Shown here: positions 40,139 through 54,212 of the stretch, one piece after another
Position numbering within the stretch: the first letter of the stretch is position 1
How the letters are laid out: each line of letters opens with the position of its first letter
Source: Octopus vulgaris
Taxonomy: Eukaryota
DNA length: 64,000 nucleotides
Direction of reading: 5' to 3'
NCBI GenBank assembly: GCA_951406725.2
Contig: OX597816.1
Location: 23,312,001 to 23,376,000, forward strand
Notes under the pieces: model-generated
Databases searched by the model: none
Told to the model about the DNA's origin: nothing
What the model saw: the letters and a program-made list of their open reading frames with translations, nothing else
Made by a program: the position numbers and the translations under genes

Positions 40139-41367
40139 AGCTACAACATACCAGCCAAAAGCATAACATAAGCCGCTGCAAAAGGCAAATTTGAAATCAA
40201 AGCGTAATGAGTCGGAACAAATAAAAATATACTGCGAGGCGTTGTCTTCGGCCTTCTAAAGTTTCTGCCAATTCGCAAAATTAATACGATTTTCGATATA
40301 ATAAATTTACTTTCACTGCACACTTGACGAGTGACCGCAAATGTTTACTTATTGGACAATTAAGTTCAGAATCTACAATCGCTAAAGTGCAAAGTATTCT
40401 CACCCATTATTGTGCAAAATAACCAGGAAAGTCATTAATATACATTTATACATTCATACTTACACACACACACACACACATACACACACACACACACGCA
40501 CAAATACATACATAAATAGGTCAATAGATACATAAATACATACATACATACATACATACATAAATAAGCTCACAGACATATATATGTGAAGGTGCATTAG
40601 TGTGTGTGTAATATAGATTCGTTTATAATTGATCTCCGAATTCAATTTAATACATACGGGTTACACAAACACCATTCATTATGTTAGTTTTATTTTCAAA
40701 TCATTTGAATAACAAAATGAATCTATCGAAATGAATGCTGATTACCATGAGAAGTAAAACGTATACTTGAATTAGTTTAAGTGTACTTTTAATAAATATT
40801 TGGACACTACTTAATAATGTTTCGAAAATACTTATTCATTTTCACTATAGCATGACCGGATCGATGTAATAGACTTTAACGTTATCTATAACCATCTGAC
40901 CCAATATGCTTGTCGAAAAGAATCTTTGTGTCTATATTTAAACAATTACACACACACACATAAACATACACACACGTACATACAAACATGCACGCACACA
41001 TAAGTTATACTTATCTGACAGATCAGAGATCTGATAACCAGAAATTTGCTATCGTTAATTATAGTAACACATCTGTGTTTGCATAGTCGGAATTTCGGTA
41101 TCTAAACTAGGAATTTCGCCAAGCTAGTGGAGGAATTTGCTAGATCCTGGGTAAAGAAGAAGGGTTTGGGATATTAATCTTGCTTGACAAGGAAGGATCA
41201 TTTTTGAAACTTGCTTCCCAGCCACATCGTTCCGGGTTCAGTCCCGCTACGTTGCACCTTGGGCAAGTGCTTTCTACTAAAGCCGCGGGCCGACTAAATC
41301 CTTGTGAGTGGATTTGGTAGACGGAAACTGAACGAAACATAATATGCATGAGAGTGTGTGATCGTAT

Positions 41368-41398
<31 letters not shown>

Positions 41399-41817
41399 CG
41401 CGCGTCTGTGTGTCTGTCGATTTGCGTGTTTGCGTCTATCGTCCACCACTCTTGACAACCAACCCTGGTGTGTTTACGTCCCCGTAACGTAGTGGTTCAG
41501 CAAAAAAAAAACCGATAGAATAAGTACCATGTTTTGAAAAAATGTACAAGAGTGCATTCATTCGACGAAGGAAAATGAAAAAAGATTTGAAGGCGATGCC
41601 TCAGCATGGCAACAGTCTAATGACTGAAATATTCTGAGTTCAAATTCCGTCGAGGTCGACTTTGCCTTTCATCCTTTCGGGATCGACTAAATAAGTACCA
41701 GTTACACATTGGAGTCGATGTAATCGACTCATCTCCTCCCCGCCAATTTCAGGACTTGTGCCTATGACAGAAAGGATTACTATTGTTTTTCTTATTATTA
41801 CTACAAGTAGTAGCAGC

Positions 41818-41863
<46 letters not shown>

Positions 41864-42317
41864 TGAAAGCTGCGAAATGGCAGAATTTTTAACGCGTCGG
41901 ACAAAATGCTAAGCTATATTTCTTCCGGCTCTTTACATTCTGAGTTCAAATCTGACGAAAGACAACTTCGCTTTGTATCCTTTTGGAGTCGACAAAATGA
42001 AGTACCATTAAAGTACTGGAATCGATACTATAGCCCACTTTGCCAACCCTCACAAAAAAAAAAGCTTCACGTAAAGTACCTATATAACTAACAATTTTTG
42101 TAATAGCTACGGATGGTGAATTAGCAAAATGCATTATAGCACTTGTTCCAACTCTTAACGTTCCGAGTTCAATTTCTCCTGACGTAAGCTTTACATTTTA
42201 TCCCCTCCATGGTAAATAAAATAAACTACTAGTCAAATACAATAGATGTTAGTATCTACTAGTACGATACCCCGAGAAGTATTGTCTTTGTGCTTAAATT
42301 AGAAACACTTCTTCTTC

Positions 42318-42353
<36 letters not shown>

Positions 42354-42379
42354 CAGATAGACAGATGGATGGATAATAC

Positions 42380-42442
<63 letters not shown>

Positions 42443-42864
42443 TATGACAGGCTTCTTTTCAATTTCCGTCTACCAATTCCACTCACAAGGCTTTGGTCGG
42501 CCCGTGACTATAGCAGAAGACACTTGCCGAAGGTGCCACGTAGTGGGACTGAATCCATAACCAAGTGGTTAGTAAGCAAGCTACTTACCACAGAGCTACT
42601 CCGGCGCCTGTGTTTCATTAATTCACGTTATTTTTCACCCTTTTTGTCTCCCATTTACATTTTCCCCCAATTTGTAGACAACCAAATTCAGTTCTCCCTA
42701 CACCGGAAGAATGGACGGTTGTTCTAACCGTGTTAATATGGTGATTAGATGGATGAACACCCTTCAGGAAATTTACTCAGCGAAACACGCTACAAAACAC
42801 AGCGACCAATGATAGATAATAACGGACAAACAAAACTTGCTCTTTGCCGAGATCATTATCACCC

Positions 42865-42889
42865 ACTACTACTACTACTACTGCTGCTG

Positions 42890-42925
<36 letters not shown>

Positions 42926-43005
42926 TTATTATTATTATTAGTAGTAGTAGTATTGTTACCATATTTACTGTTATTATTACTTTTCTCATAATAATAATAA
43001 TAATA

Positions 43006-43058
<53 letters not shown>

Positions 43059-43059
43059 C

Positions 43060-43091
<32 letters not shown>

Positions 43092-43175
43092 TACTACTAC
43101 TACTTTTATTATTATTATTATTACTTTTATTATTATTATTACTACTACTACTACTTTTATTATTATTATTATTAC

Positions 43176-43219
<44 letters not shown>

Positions 43220-43300
43220 TTATTACTTTTATTATTATTAATATTATTTTTATTAATATTACTTTTATTATCATTATTATTATTATTATTAGTTTTATTA

Positions 43301-43349
<49 letters not shown>

Positions 43350-43350
43350 A
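42865..43350. repeat. Compound (CTA)n/(TTA)n microsatellite
   Basis: Direct reading. Other long tracts: (TAA)n 33027-33615, (GAA)n 29060-29130 and 43645-43825, TA-rich 44020-44280 and 44950-45335, (CAA)n 58400-58490. Confidence 0.95.
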
Positions 43351-43668
43351 TGATTGCTTCCTTTTATTTACTTCTTTTTTTATTACTATTATTCAAGGCT
43401 GTGTTTTTTGTTTTGATTTCATTCTTTTTTGTATTTTTAATTTTTATATCTTCTTATTTTCTGTTTTACTGTCGAACCAGCAAATTGTCATTACAAGTTG
43501 TGATTACAACCGAAATAATCAATACATGATGGCGGTGGGAAAGACGACGACAGCGGAGGTTGGGGACGGGCATGGGTGGGTCTGTTTTAGATGTTTAATG
43601 GTGTTTGGTGGTTGGCGTTCGAGATGACAGTTGTAACGGAGACGTGAAGAAGGAGGAGGAGGAGGAGG

Positions 43669-43777
<109 letters not shown>

Positions 43778-44022
43778 GGAAGAAGGAGAAGAAGACGACG
43801 AAGAAGAGGAAGAAGAAGAAGAAAAAAAGAACAAGAACAAGAAGAAATCAGAAACAAAATGGTGGTTGATAAAAAAAACAACGTGCAAAAACGAGGAAAA
43901 AAAATTAAGACCACACATCATGCACGCATCACATAAACACAATTATACATACAGACCGACATATATACACACACAGTCATATATACATACACACACAAAT
44001 GTATATAAATATGTACTAAATA

Positions 44023-44064
<42 letters not shown>

Positions 44065-44104
44065 TGTATATATATACATATATATATACATATATATATA
44101 TATC

Positions 44105-44193
<89 letters not shown>

Positions 44194-44231
44194 TATACAT
44201 ATATACATAGATATATGTATACATATATATA

Positions 44232-44266
<35 letters not shown>

Positions 44267-45042
44267 ATATATGTATATATTTGTGAATGTGTGTGTGTGT
44301 GTGTGTGTGCGTACACTCTTTTTATACGTATACACATTCACATTGTACGAAAGCGTTTGTGAGTATACACCGATTACGTGTATATAACGCTCTCCAAAAT
44401 CACTACATCAGATCTTCCTGAAACCATGAATAGTGTTCACTGATTGACATGAGAGAAAACGCGGTCATGGCAAGGATGTTTGTCAGTGTATCCGGGGTCA
44501 GAGACAAACAGCAGAATTAAATACCAAAATAGACAAAAAAAAAATACAAAAAAGAAAAGGAAAGAAAAAAGACAAAAAGAATGAAACAAAACGATGATAC
44601 ATAGTTTCGATGGCGGTTTTCAAATTTATTGGCATCCACTGTATTTGGTTGTTAAGTTAGTTTTATTATTATAAGTATATCGAATGGGGTTATGTTATAA
44701 GAAGATTACTTAGCTATGTATGTGTATGTATGTATGTATGTATGTATGTATGTATGTATGTATGTATGTATGTATGTATGATTGTGCGTGTGTGTGTGTG
44801 TGTGTGTAGTCAAATGACTGAAACAAGTAAATGACTATCTGTATGTATATGCGTACGTGTATGCGCAAGTGCCTACTTATCTATGTGCGTGTGTGAGTGT
44901 GTGAGTGTGAGCGTGTGTATGTGTGTGTGTATGCACACACATATGTATACGTTTCTTGGTATATGAGCATACATATATACATATATATATAGCTATATAT
45001 CTATATACCCAGAGACATATACAAACCATACATATGTGTGTA

Positions 45043-45087
<45 letters not shown>

Positions 45088-45336
45088 CATATATATATAT
45101 ATATATACATATATATATGCATATATATGTGTATATATATATACACACATATATATGTATATATATATGTGTATATATATATATATACACACACATATAT
45201 ATGTATATATATATACTTATATATATATATATGTACATATATATACATATATATGTATGTATATATATATATACATATATATGTATATATATATATATGT
45301 ATATATATGTATGTATATATATATATATATATGTAT

Positions 45337-46120
45337 TCCGTGTGAGCTAACAATCGTACTGACTTTCATGGGAAACATGTATTTTTGTGGTTGAAACCTT
45401 TTGGATTAACTGGTGCTAGAGTGAGCCATATAGTGACCACTCTCTTATATTTATTTTGTAAAAATATTATAATATATTATAAAATATTATAATAATCCAG
45501 GTTTCTCGGAGCACTAGGCCACTTGGTGTAGAATAGATATACTATTAAATTAGTATCTAATTCTCTCACCCTTATTAATTAATTATAATTATGCTGCATT
45601 TATTTCTAAATGCTGTATTTGTTTTCCGTGAAAATTTGGCGCGCTGTTAGTTGGGGCATTTGAATTATAACGTCGGATGTAATCAATTGAACCACACGCG
45701 TATTTATCGTTATGGTAAAATCTGGCGTGTGATTGAGTGGATTTCATCCAGATAGTTTTGGCTGAAGAGCTACAAGTGGATTTTATTGTAAGTAAAATTA
45801 CATTTAATTCATTAATAGCGAAACAATTGTCCCAAAATAATCTGTATTTGTTATTTTTTATTTGCCCTGTCCGTGTGAGCTAACAATCGTACTGACTTTC
45901 ATGGGAAACATGTATTTTTGTGGTTGAAACCTTTTGGATTAACTGGTGCTAGAGTGAGCCATATAGTGACCACTCTCTTATATTTATTTTGTAAAAATAT
46001 TATAATATATTATAAAATATTATAATAATCCAGGTTTCTCGGAGCACTAGGCCACTTGGTGTAGAATAGATATGCTATTAAATTAGTATCTAATTCTCTC
46101 ACCCTTATTAATTAATTATA
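45337..46120 (+). mobile_element. Retrozyme-like or Penelope pLTR-like element: 533-bp monomer present 1.47x
   Basis: 251-bp direct repeats at 45337-45587 and 45870-46120 (one difference seen) around a unique segment carrying an intact HHR; (TA)n on both flanks. Confidence 0.8.
45749..45844 (+). ncRNA. Type I hammerhead ribozyme, intact
   Basis: cagatagttttgg-CTGAAGA-gcta...tagc-GAAA-caatt-GTC-ccaaaataatctg; stem I of about 13 bp; stem III is the palindrome ACAATTGT; cleavage after C45831. Confidence 0.88.
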
Positions 46121-46133
46121 TATATATGTATAT

Positions 46134-46545
46134 ACTCTTTACTCTCTTTTACTCTTTTACTTGTTTCAGTCATTTGACTGCGGCCATGCTGGAGCACCGC
46201 CTTTAGTCGAGCAAATCGACCCCGGGACTTATTCTTTGTAAGCCCAGTACTTATTCTATCGGTCTCTTTTGCCGAACCGCTAAGTGATGGGGACGTCAAC
46301 ACACCAGCATCGGTTGTCAAGCAATGCTAGGGGGACAAACACAGACACACAAACACACACACACACATATATATATATACATATATACGACAGGCTTCTT
46401 TCAGTTTCCGTCTACCAAATCCACTCACAAGGCATTGGTCGGCCCGAGGCTATAGTAGAAGACACTTGCCCAAGGTGCCACGCAGTGGGACTGAACCCGG
46501 AACCATGTGGTTGGTTAGCAAGCTACTTACCACACAGCCACTCCT
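46134..46545 (-). mobile_element. SINE family A
   Basis: Full match. Confidence 0.9.
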
Positions 46546-46593
46546 GATGTATAAATATTTGCATATATATATATATACATATGTACATATATC

Positions 46594-46627
<34 letters not shown>

Positions 46628-46630
<3 letters not shown>

Positions 46631-46968
46631 CTTAGAATAACTTAGAAAGGTTTTGGCCAATATTGGCCCAGCCCATGTCTAACTTAATAGCACCACCTGG
46701 CGAAGTCTTTCAATTCAGGATTTGGGCACCAAGGCCCATTCGAGCAGAGAGTTATTGTTTGCGGAGACATATCCGGGTGTGGGTGGTTTGTCCGAGACTG
46801 TTTGAAGGAATTTGTCCAAAGACTTCTTGAATTTTGTGTGGTCAGTTTCTTTTTTGACGTGTCCTGGTGTAATGTTGAAGAGAGCGGGTCCAATTGGGGT
46901 GAAATAGTTGTGTCGTATTGTCGTTATGTGATGCGATTTAGATTTTTGTTGTGGACGGATGGCACGTG
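46628..46968 (-). mobile_element. 3' end of a LINE (CR1-group, Crack/L2-like) ORF2 plus UTR
   Basis: ...HNYFTPIGPALFN...FKKSLDKFLQTVSDKPPTPGY... is typical of an ORF2 C-terminus; short (TTCTAAGTTA) tail repeat. Confidence 0.65.
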
Positions 46969-47173
46969 GTATATATATTCTTTTATCTGTTACAGTCATT
47001 TCACTGCGGACATGCTGGAGCACCACCTTTAGTCGAAAAATTCGTCTTTGTAAGCATAATACTTATTCTATCTGTCTCTTTTGCCGAACCCCTAAGTTGA
47101 TAGAATGAAAACACACCAACATCGGTTGCCAAACCATGGTGGGGGGACAACACAAAAATACACATAGAAACAC

Positions 47174-47204
<31 letters not shown>

Positions 47205-47939
47205 CGATGGGCTTCTTTTAGTTTCCATCTACCAAATCCACTCACAAGTCTTTAGTCGGCCCGAGGCTATAGCAGAAGTCATTTGCCCAAGGTTCCATGC
47301 AGTGGAACTGAACCCGAAACTATGGGGTTGGGAAGCAAGCTTCTTACCAAATACCCAAATGCCGTTCAGTATTTCTTGTAAAACACTAAGTCACCTCGCC
47401 AAGGCTAAATAAGATACCAAAAGGCTAAAACAGCCCGAAATTTGAACTAGACTTTCACGTTTCATTGCTATTGTTCTAACTATCATACGACATAACTACT
47501 GGACTAAACCTTTGATATGACCTTCCTCCGCGTCAGCTTCAATGACCATCCTCACCCGATCAACCAGTACGTTAACTGGCTATGATCTGAGCTACATTCT
47601 CTTTAATAGAACAAAACAGTTTTAGAACGATCAGATAAGATATGATTTGCAACACAATTTCATGTTGCTCGTAACGAACACTTCCGAAAATCAATAATTG
47701 TGAAACCGGTTGAGTGTATAAATATATATATTGAAATTTGAATAAACTTTTGTATATTCTATGTTCATTTTCAACTTCGTATATACCTCTATATCCACTG
47801 CTGCGTCAGACACTACTACTCTATCTGTGTAATCCCACCTTCAATATAATTATCCCCCTTTTCATTTCTTACCTAAAATGTCGTTGCAACTATACCTATA
47901 CTGTGATTAATTGATGTATTACACCAATCTAAAAAAGAC

Positions 47940-48350
47940 CGCGAGCTGGCAGACACATTAGCACGCCGGGTGAAATGCTTAGCGGTATTTCGTCGGCCGT
48001 TACGTTCTGAGTTCAAATTCCGCCGAGGTCGACTTTGCCTTTCATCCTTTCGGGTCGATAAATTAAGTACCAGTTTCGCACTGGGGTCGATGTAATCGAC
48101 TTAATCCGTTTGTCTGACCTTGTTTGTCCTCTCTGTGTGTACCCCCTTGTGGGCAGTAAAGAAATAGGTATTTCGTCTGCGGTTACGTTCTGAGTTCAAA
48201 TTCCGCCGAGGTCGACTTTGGCTTTCATCCTTTCGGGGTCGATAAATTAAGTACCAGTTACGCACTGGGGTCGATGTAATCGACTTAATCCGCTTGTCTG
48301 TCCGTGTTTTTTCCTCTCTGTGTTTAGCCCCTTGTGGGTAGTAAAGAAAT
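47940..48350 (+). mobile_element. SINE family B, head plus two units
   Basis: Unit period 183 bp (48001 and 48184). Confidence 0.9.
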
Positions 48351-49139
48351 TGTATTACACCAATCTACGTTTCTGTTCTTCTCCCTTTCTCTGCAATATA
48401 ATTTATCCTGTCACCTTGACTGTAAGACTTTTCGTGGCTGCTTGAACGACAGATAGATATTTTGTTATCGGAATTCCTGATGTTTATATTTTGTTCTTCT
48501 TACCTCTTGGTTAGCACCTAATAAGACTACCCCTCTTGTTGGCCATATCTTTTAAGAACAAATCAATAAGTCATTTTCAAACCCTTTTGCTCATATTCTC
48601 ACCCTTAGGCGAAGGGACAAAACCGTTAATAAACACGTGTTCTCTTGTTCATCAATGATTCATTCATCAATGATGCAAGATAACACGGTAAGTTCAAGTG
48701 TGAACTATATTAAGCTTATCACGAATTTATCTGTTATAACACGTGTCAGCAATCAGTCAAAGATTCTGCTTACACTGCAATAAAGCACCCGAGCGACCAC
48801 CCACAATTCTCAGCTATGTAGAATGCACTGACTATCGCGTGTTTGCATGAGTGTGTTAAGGAGTTGCATATTTTTTATACGGTTTTACTTACTCGAACCC
48901 ATCAACATGAAAGCACTAAACATGAAACAATTCGAAGGTGTCTGATCCTAAGGGAGTTTGGTGATTATTAATCTGCCATTCATATCTATATGAATGCACC
49001 TGGTCCCAACAAACGAGGTAGACGAGTGTATTCTTTAAAAAAAAAAGTATTGATAAACAAGAAAATACGTGAGGTTTGAAGAAAAGTGCTCGAGTATGCA
49101 TGCCTCATCTGTGTGTGTGTGTGTGTAACCGGTACTCCA

Positions 49140-49680
49140 TCATGTTAATCAGATCAACGGAACAGCCTGATCGTGAAATTAACATATTAACGTGCCAGTG
49201 GCTGAGCCACTCCACAAAGATGCGTACGAAATTCTCAGGAAGATTCAGCGTGACACAGAATGTGACAAGATTGGCCCTTTGAATACAGATATGACTCACT
49301 TTTGCCAGCTGAGTGGACTGGAGCAACGCAAAATTCAATTCAATTCAATTTTTATTCGCTCAAAAAGCAAAAGCAATGCCGTGTAGTGGGACAGGGAGTT
49401 ATGTACAGGGAGGGTGGTCATACAAAGAGTTCAGGCCATTTCTGGTCAAGAGAGACTTTGAACCGAGCGGTCGTCGGCATCTTGACTATCTCGTCCGGCA
49501 GCTTATTCCACGGATCCGCAACCCGGTCGGAGAAAGCCCCTCTCCTTCGATTGAGATGAAATCGTTGTAGATAGAGCTTTTCGGAGTGACCCCGCAGCCC
49601 ACGCTCTGTTGCTTAAGGACATACCGCACCGCTGGAAATCAAATTCAAACTTTTGCATCATGAGCAGAATATTCTAACTA
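49140..49680 (-). mobile_element. Old SINE (D-like head, C-like tail) interrupted by a CR1 fragment
   Basis: 49140-49290 matches the 3' tail of the 781-1136 copy; 49300-49330 and 49612-49680 match the D head and body. Confidence 0.55.
49331..49612 (-). mobile_element. CR1 LINE 3' end
   Basis: The minus strand translates to LRGHSEKLYLQRFHLNRRRGAFSDRVADPWNKLPDEIV...FKVSLDQKW*, then AATAAA and a (TTGAA)n tail. Confidence 0.85.
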
Positions 49681-49878
49681 TTTAGCTGATAAGGTTCGTA
49701 AGATAATCGTATCTCCCATTGTCATCTCTTTTCTGATTGCCCTGAATACATGACTCACAGTTCGTTCAGAAGCATACGTATATTGAGACCTTGACTAGGT
49801 TATTGGTATCACGATGCCTTAGCAAAGTATAAAAGTATATACATATTATATATATATATATATATATATATCGTTTGT

Positions 49879-50194
49879 GAAAGCGCATGGCTTAGTGGTT
49901 AGAGCGTAGAGCTTACGATCGTGAGGTTGTGAGTTCGATTCCCGGACCTCGCTGTGTGTTGTGTTCTTGAGCCAGACAGTTTATTTCACGTTGCTCCAGT
50001 TAACTCAGCTGTAGAAATGAGTTGCGACATCACTGGTGCCAAGATGTATCGGCCTTTGCCTTTCCCTTGGATAACATTAGTGGTGTGGAGAGGGGAGCCT
50101 GGTATGCACAGACGACTGCTGGCCTTCTACTTGTGCCTCGGAGGGTAACTTTGTAGGTGCAATCCCATGGTCATTCATGACCGAAAGGGGTCTC
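49879..50194 (+). mobile_element. SINE family D (tRNA-derived)
   Basis: A box TGGCTTAGTGG, B box GAGTTCGATTCC, then a CORE-like gttgtgttcttgagc segment. Confidence 0.8.
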
Positions 50195-50269
50195 CTCCTA
50201 TATATCGTTTGAGAGGGAATAGAGGTCTGGTGAGAATGAATGATGAATGACTTTATAAGCAACTTTTGT

Positions 50270-50790
50270 ATGGTGAGCTGGAAGATGGTACGAGGCCAAC
50301 ACATAAATCCAAAACGAAGTTCAAGGCCTGCCTCAGAATTCTCTCTGAGAGAAACAGGACTTTTAGTTGTTGATTAGGAGAGAGAAGCACAAGACAGACA
50401 TGGATCGAGAAAATGAGTGCACAGTGGTTGTTCGAAGTTTGAAAGAGAGGAAATGAAACACGAGAAGATCAAAGAGAAGACTTAAAAAGAATGAAGCTAT
50501 TGAAAAATTAGTGAGGGTTGCTTTTTATGTGTATGATTTGTGGGAGGGAATGCTTGAGTCGTGCAGGTTTGGTCAGCCGCCAGAGAACTCACAGGAATCC
50601 ACCCTTCGTAAATTATGATACAGCTATTGTTCACAACAGAACATGGGCAGCCTGTGGAAAGGTGCACATTTCAGTTGGAGGATTGAAAAGGCATGTCAAA
50701 AGAATTCACACTGTGGCACTTGTTCCCTCTACCAGTCAGCACATCTATGCATTGTGCATTGCATTGTGCAATAGAATGTGCAAATCTTTG
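50270..50790 (+). mobile_element. Decayed RTE-clade LINE C-terminus with C2H2-like fingers
   Basis: Frameshifted remnants resembling the RTE C-terminus (G.R..KPK..FK, A.DR..WR, FE..R), followed by CMICGRECLSRAGLVSRQRTH and two further decayed finger-like motifs. Confidence 0.6.
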
Positions 50791-50792
50791 GC

Positions 50793-51194
50793 CAGGAGTG
50801 GCAGTGTGGTAAGTAGCTTGTTTACCAACCACATGGTTCCGGGTTCAGTCCCACTGCGTGGCACCTTGGGCAAGTGTTTTCTACTATAGCCTCGGGCCGA
50901 CCAAAGCCTTGTGAGTGGATTTGGTAGACGGAAACTGAAAGAATCCCGTCGTATATATGTATGTGTGTGTGTGTGTGTTTATGTGTCTGTGTTTGTCCCC
51001 CCAACATCGCTTGACAACTGATAGTGGTGTGTTTATATCCCCATAACTTAGCGGTTCGGCAAAAGAGACCGATAGAATAAGTACTAGGTTTACAAAGAAT
51101 AAGTCCTGGGGTCGATATGCTCGACTAAAGGCGGTGCTCCAGCATGGCCGCATTCAAATGACTGAAACAAGTAAAAGAGTAAAAGACTAAAAGA
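50793..51194 (+). mobile_element. SINE family A
   Basis: Full match. Confidence 0.9.
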
Positions 51195-51694
51195 AGCTCA
51201 AGGGTCTTACAATAATTCAATTCAATGATTCCTTCTAGCGATGGCTTTGATCCTATACAAGAAAGCAGCTACTATATAATACAACACTTATGTAGTAAAT
51301 ATATAAAGTAAATTATTTCTCGGTACAATGATAAAGAAAATGGCGATTAGACATGTGAACCTTATTGCTTTGACATCAGAAATGTCAGCATCGTTTTGAA
51401 CAATCCCAGCGCAATAAGTGGCCAAAGTGTTTATATACTCAGTAGTTGGAGAGAACTAGGTCTACAAATTTACATACAGTTAAGGTTTAACAATTTATTT
51501 ACTGTCAGTGGCCTATATAAAAATGTACAGATGTGTGTGTATATAAATGCATACAAGTATGTATACGTAAATTACATGTATATGTATATGTAAATACTCA
51601 CGCACACAGATGAAGAAAGAGGAGGGAGGATGGATGGAGAGGCATGGAGAATAGAAGTGTCTTCGCGCGTGTGTGTGTGTGTGTGTATGTGTGT

Positions 51695-51746
<52 letters not shown>

Positions 51747-52109
51747 ATAGATATTTAATGAAGCTGAAAAAGTTCAGCATTACAATTTACTATCGTTTCA
51801 TCTGTCGATTTGACACGATGAAACAATAGAAAATTAGAATCTTGAACTTTTTAAGCTTCACTAAATATCTATATTAAGCACACACACACACACATACACA
51901 CACACATACACACACACACGCACACACACGTATGCACACACAAAAACACGGATATACACGCGAATATATTCACCACCATATGTAAGTGTATGTGTGCGTG
52001 TATATGTAGGTGTATATAGATAAAACGTGTTGAGTGCATTTCTGTCCTTTGTTCAAAAAGTAGAACAATTATACATATGTATATATGTATGTATGTACGT
52101 ATATATAAG

Positions 52110-52155
<46 letters not shown>

Positions 52156-52244
52156 GTGTTTATGTATATATACATGTGTGTTTTGCGTGTGTGTACAGAG
52201 AGAGAAAAATATAGTAACATACCTCTGTATGTATAATACATACA

Positions 52245-52279
<35 letters not shown>

Positions 52280-52654
52280 GTGTGTGTGTATGTATGTATA
52301 CAAACAGAGAGTGATAGAGACACACACAAATATACATAAGCAATGGTCATACGCATACGTACACACACATGCAAAGATACATATGTACATACATACATAC
52401 ACACATACATATATACATACATACATACATACATACATACATACATACATACAATACAATACACTACCACGGTAAATGTAAAGCGTCTAACAAATATAGA
52501 ACAAGTAATTTAAGAACGAGAGAGAAGAGTGACCTCAGTCATATTTAAAACAAGACTAGGTTTTTAGGGCAATTTAAAATACGTGAATGAAAATATAATT
52601 ATCAACTTCCAGTCTAGATTAAAGGTGACAGTACAAGTAGTATAGTTAATAATA

Positions 52655-53400
52655 GTGACAGTGGCGGTGGTAGAGTCGACAGGTGGGGGGACGAGGGAAT
52701 GATGGTGTACGGGATAGTGGTGGTGGTGGTGGTCGTCGTCGTCGTCGTTGTGGCGGCAGTGGTGGGGAATGGTGAGAATGGTGGGAATGGTGGTGGTTCT
52801 AGTGGTGGTGGTGGTGGTGGTGGTGGTGGTTTGTAGTCGTCGTCGTTGTCGTGGCGGCGGTGGTACTGGTGGTTGTTTTTATTGTGGCTGAGAGGATGCT
52901 GTCGTCGGTGGTGGTCGTGTTGGAGCGGATAGTGGTAATGGTGCTGGTCGTCGTTGTCGTCGTCATCGTGGCGGCAGTGGTGCTTGTAGTTGTTTTTTTA
53001 ATGGTGGTGGTGGTGGTGGTGGTGGTCGGGGTAGTGGGGTTGATGGTGGTGGTGCTAGTTGTGGTAGTGCTGCAGTGTTGGTGGTGCTGCTGTGTTGGTG
53101 CTGCTGGTGCTGGTGATGGTAGTGGTGTTGTTGGTGGTGGTGATGGTGATGTGGTGTGGGCCATAGTCGTGATGATGGTTGCGGTGGTGGTGGTGATTGT
53201 TGTGGTGGTTGTGGTTGTGGTGGTGGTGAGGGTGGTGATAGTGGTGGTGGTGGTGGTGACGGTGGTAGTGTTGGTGATGGTAGCGGTGGTGGCGATAATA
53301 GTGGTAATGAGGGTGGTGATATTGGCGATGGTAATGATCATAGTAGAAATGATGGTCATTGTGGTGGTCGCCGTTGTGGTATTAGGATGTTTGGATCTTA
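52655..53400. repeat. Degenerate (GGT)n low-complexity tract
   Basis: GGT/GTC/GAT triplet runs. Confidence 0.85.
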
Positions 53401-53976
53401 TAGTTGTTGATGTCTAACACCAAGTCAGCCAAGCTGAGTAGATCAATAGTTAAAGACATTCCAAACATGACATGACCATCCTACCTCTTTACACCTATGT
53501 AGAATTTTCTGTCTTCATTTAACAAGAAAAAACTTGGCTGTTATTTCTAGCGGAATGCATGCAGTGGCTTTTCACGATCGTGGTTCTAATAATCATTTGT
53601 TTTGTATGCCCAAGGCCAGAGATTTTGGGGTGAGTGGGTTAGTCGATTACATCGACCCTGTACCCGACTGGTACTTATTTCATCAACCCCGAAGTTATGA
53701 AAGACAAAGTCCATTTCAGGAGTTGTAATAGTCCCTTGTGTTATAGGCACAACGCTAAAATTTTTCAGGGAGGGGCTAATCGACTACATACGAACGAACA
53801 AAAAACAAAGTTGACTTCGGTGGGATTTGAACTCAGAACATAAAGCGCTGGAAGAGATAACGCTAAGCATTTTCTCTGACACGGTAATGACACGGCCAGC
53901 TCATCGCCTTACCGCATTTGTAATAGTAGCAGAGGATGTAGTGTAGTAGTGGTGAAAGAAACTTTTTAGGGTAAAG

Positions 53977-54212
53977 GTAGCTAGCTGGCAGAAACGTTAG
54001 CAAGCCGGGCGAAATGCCTAGCGGTATTTCGTCTGTCTTTACGTTCTCAGTTCAAATTCCGCCAAGGTCGACTTTACCTTTCATCCTTTCAGGGTCGATA
54101 AATAAAGTACCAGTTACGCAGTGGGGTCGATGTAATCGACTAAATCCCTTTGTCTGTCCTTGTTTGTCCTCTCTTTATGTTTAGCCCCTTGTGGGTAGTA
54201 AAGAAATAAGAA
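53977..54212 (+). mobile_element. SINE family B
   Basis: Head plus one unit. Confidence 0.88.

Noticed and set aside
49879-49955. tRNA gene candidates (also at 3687, 6447 and 28580)
   Set aside because: A and B boxes are present, but the acceptor and anticodon stems do not pair and the sequences continue into SINE bodies.
50518-50889. C2H2 zinc-finger host gene
   Set aside because: The fingers lack ligands and TGEKP linkers, follow RTE-like remnants, and the ORF ends in a SINE.
52799-53417. Thr-rich mucin-like or Gly-rich ORFs
   Set aside because: Degenerate (GGT)n is open in several frames on both strands, with no splice context.
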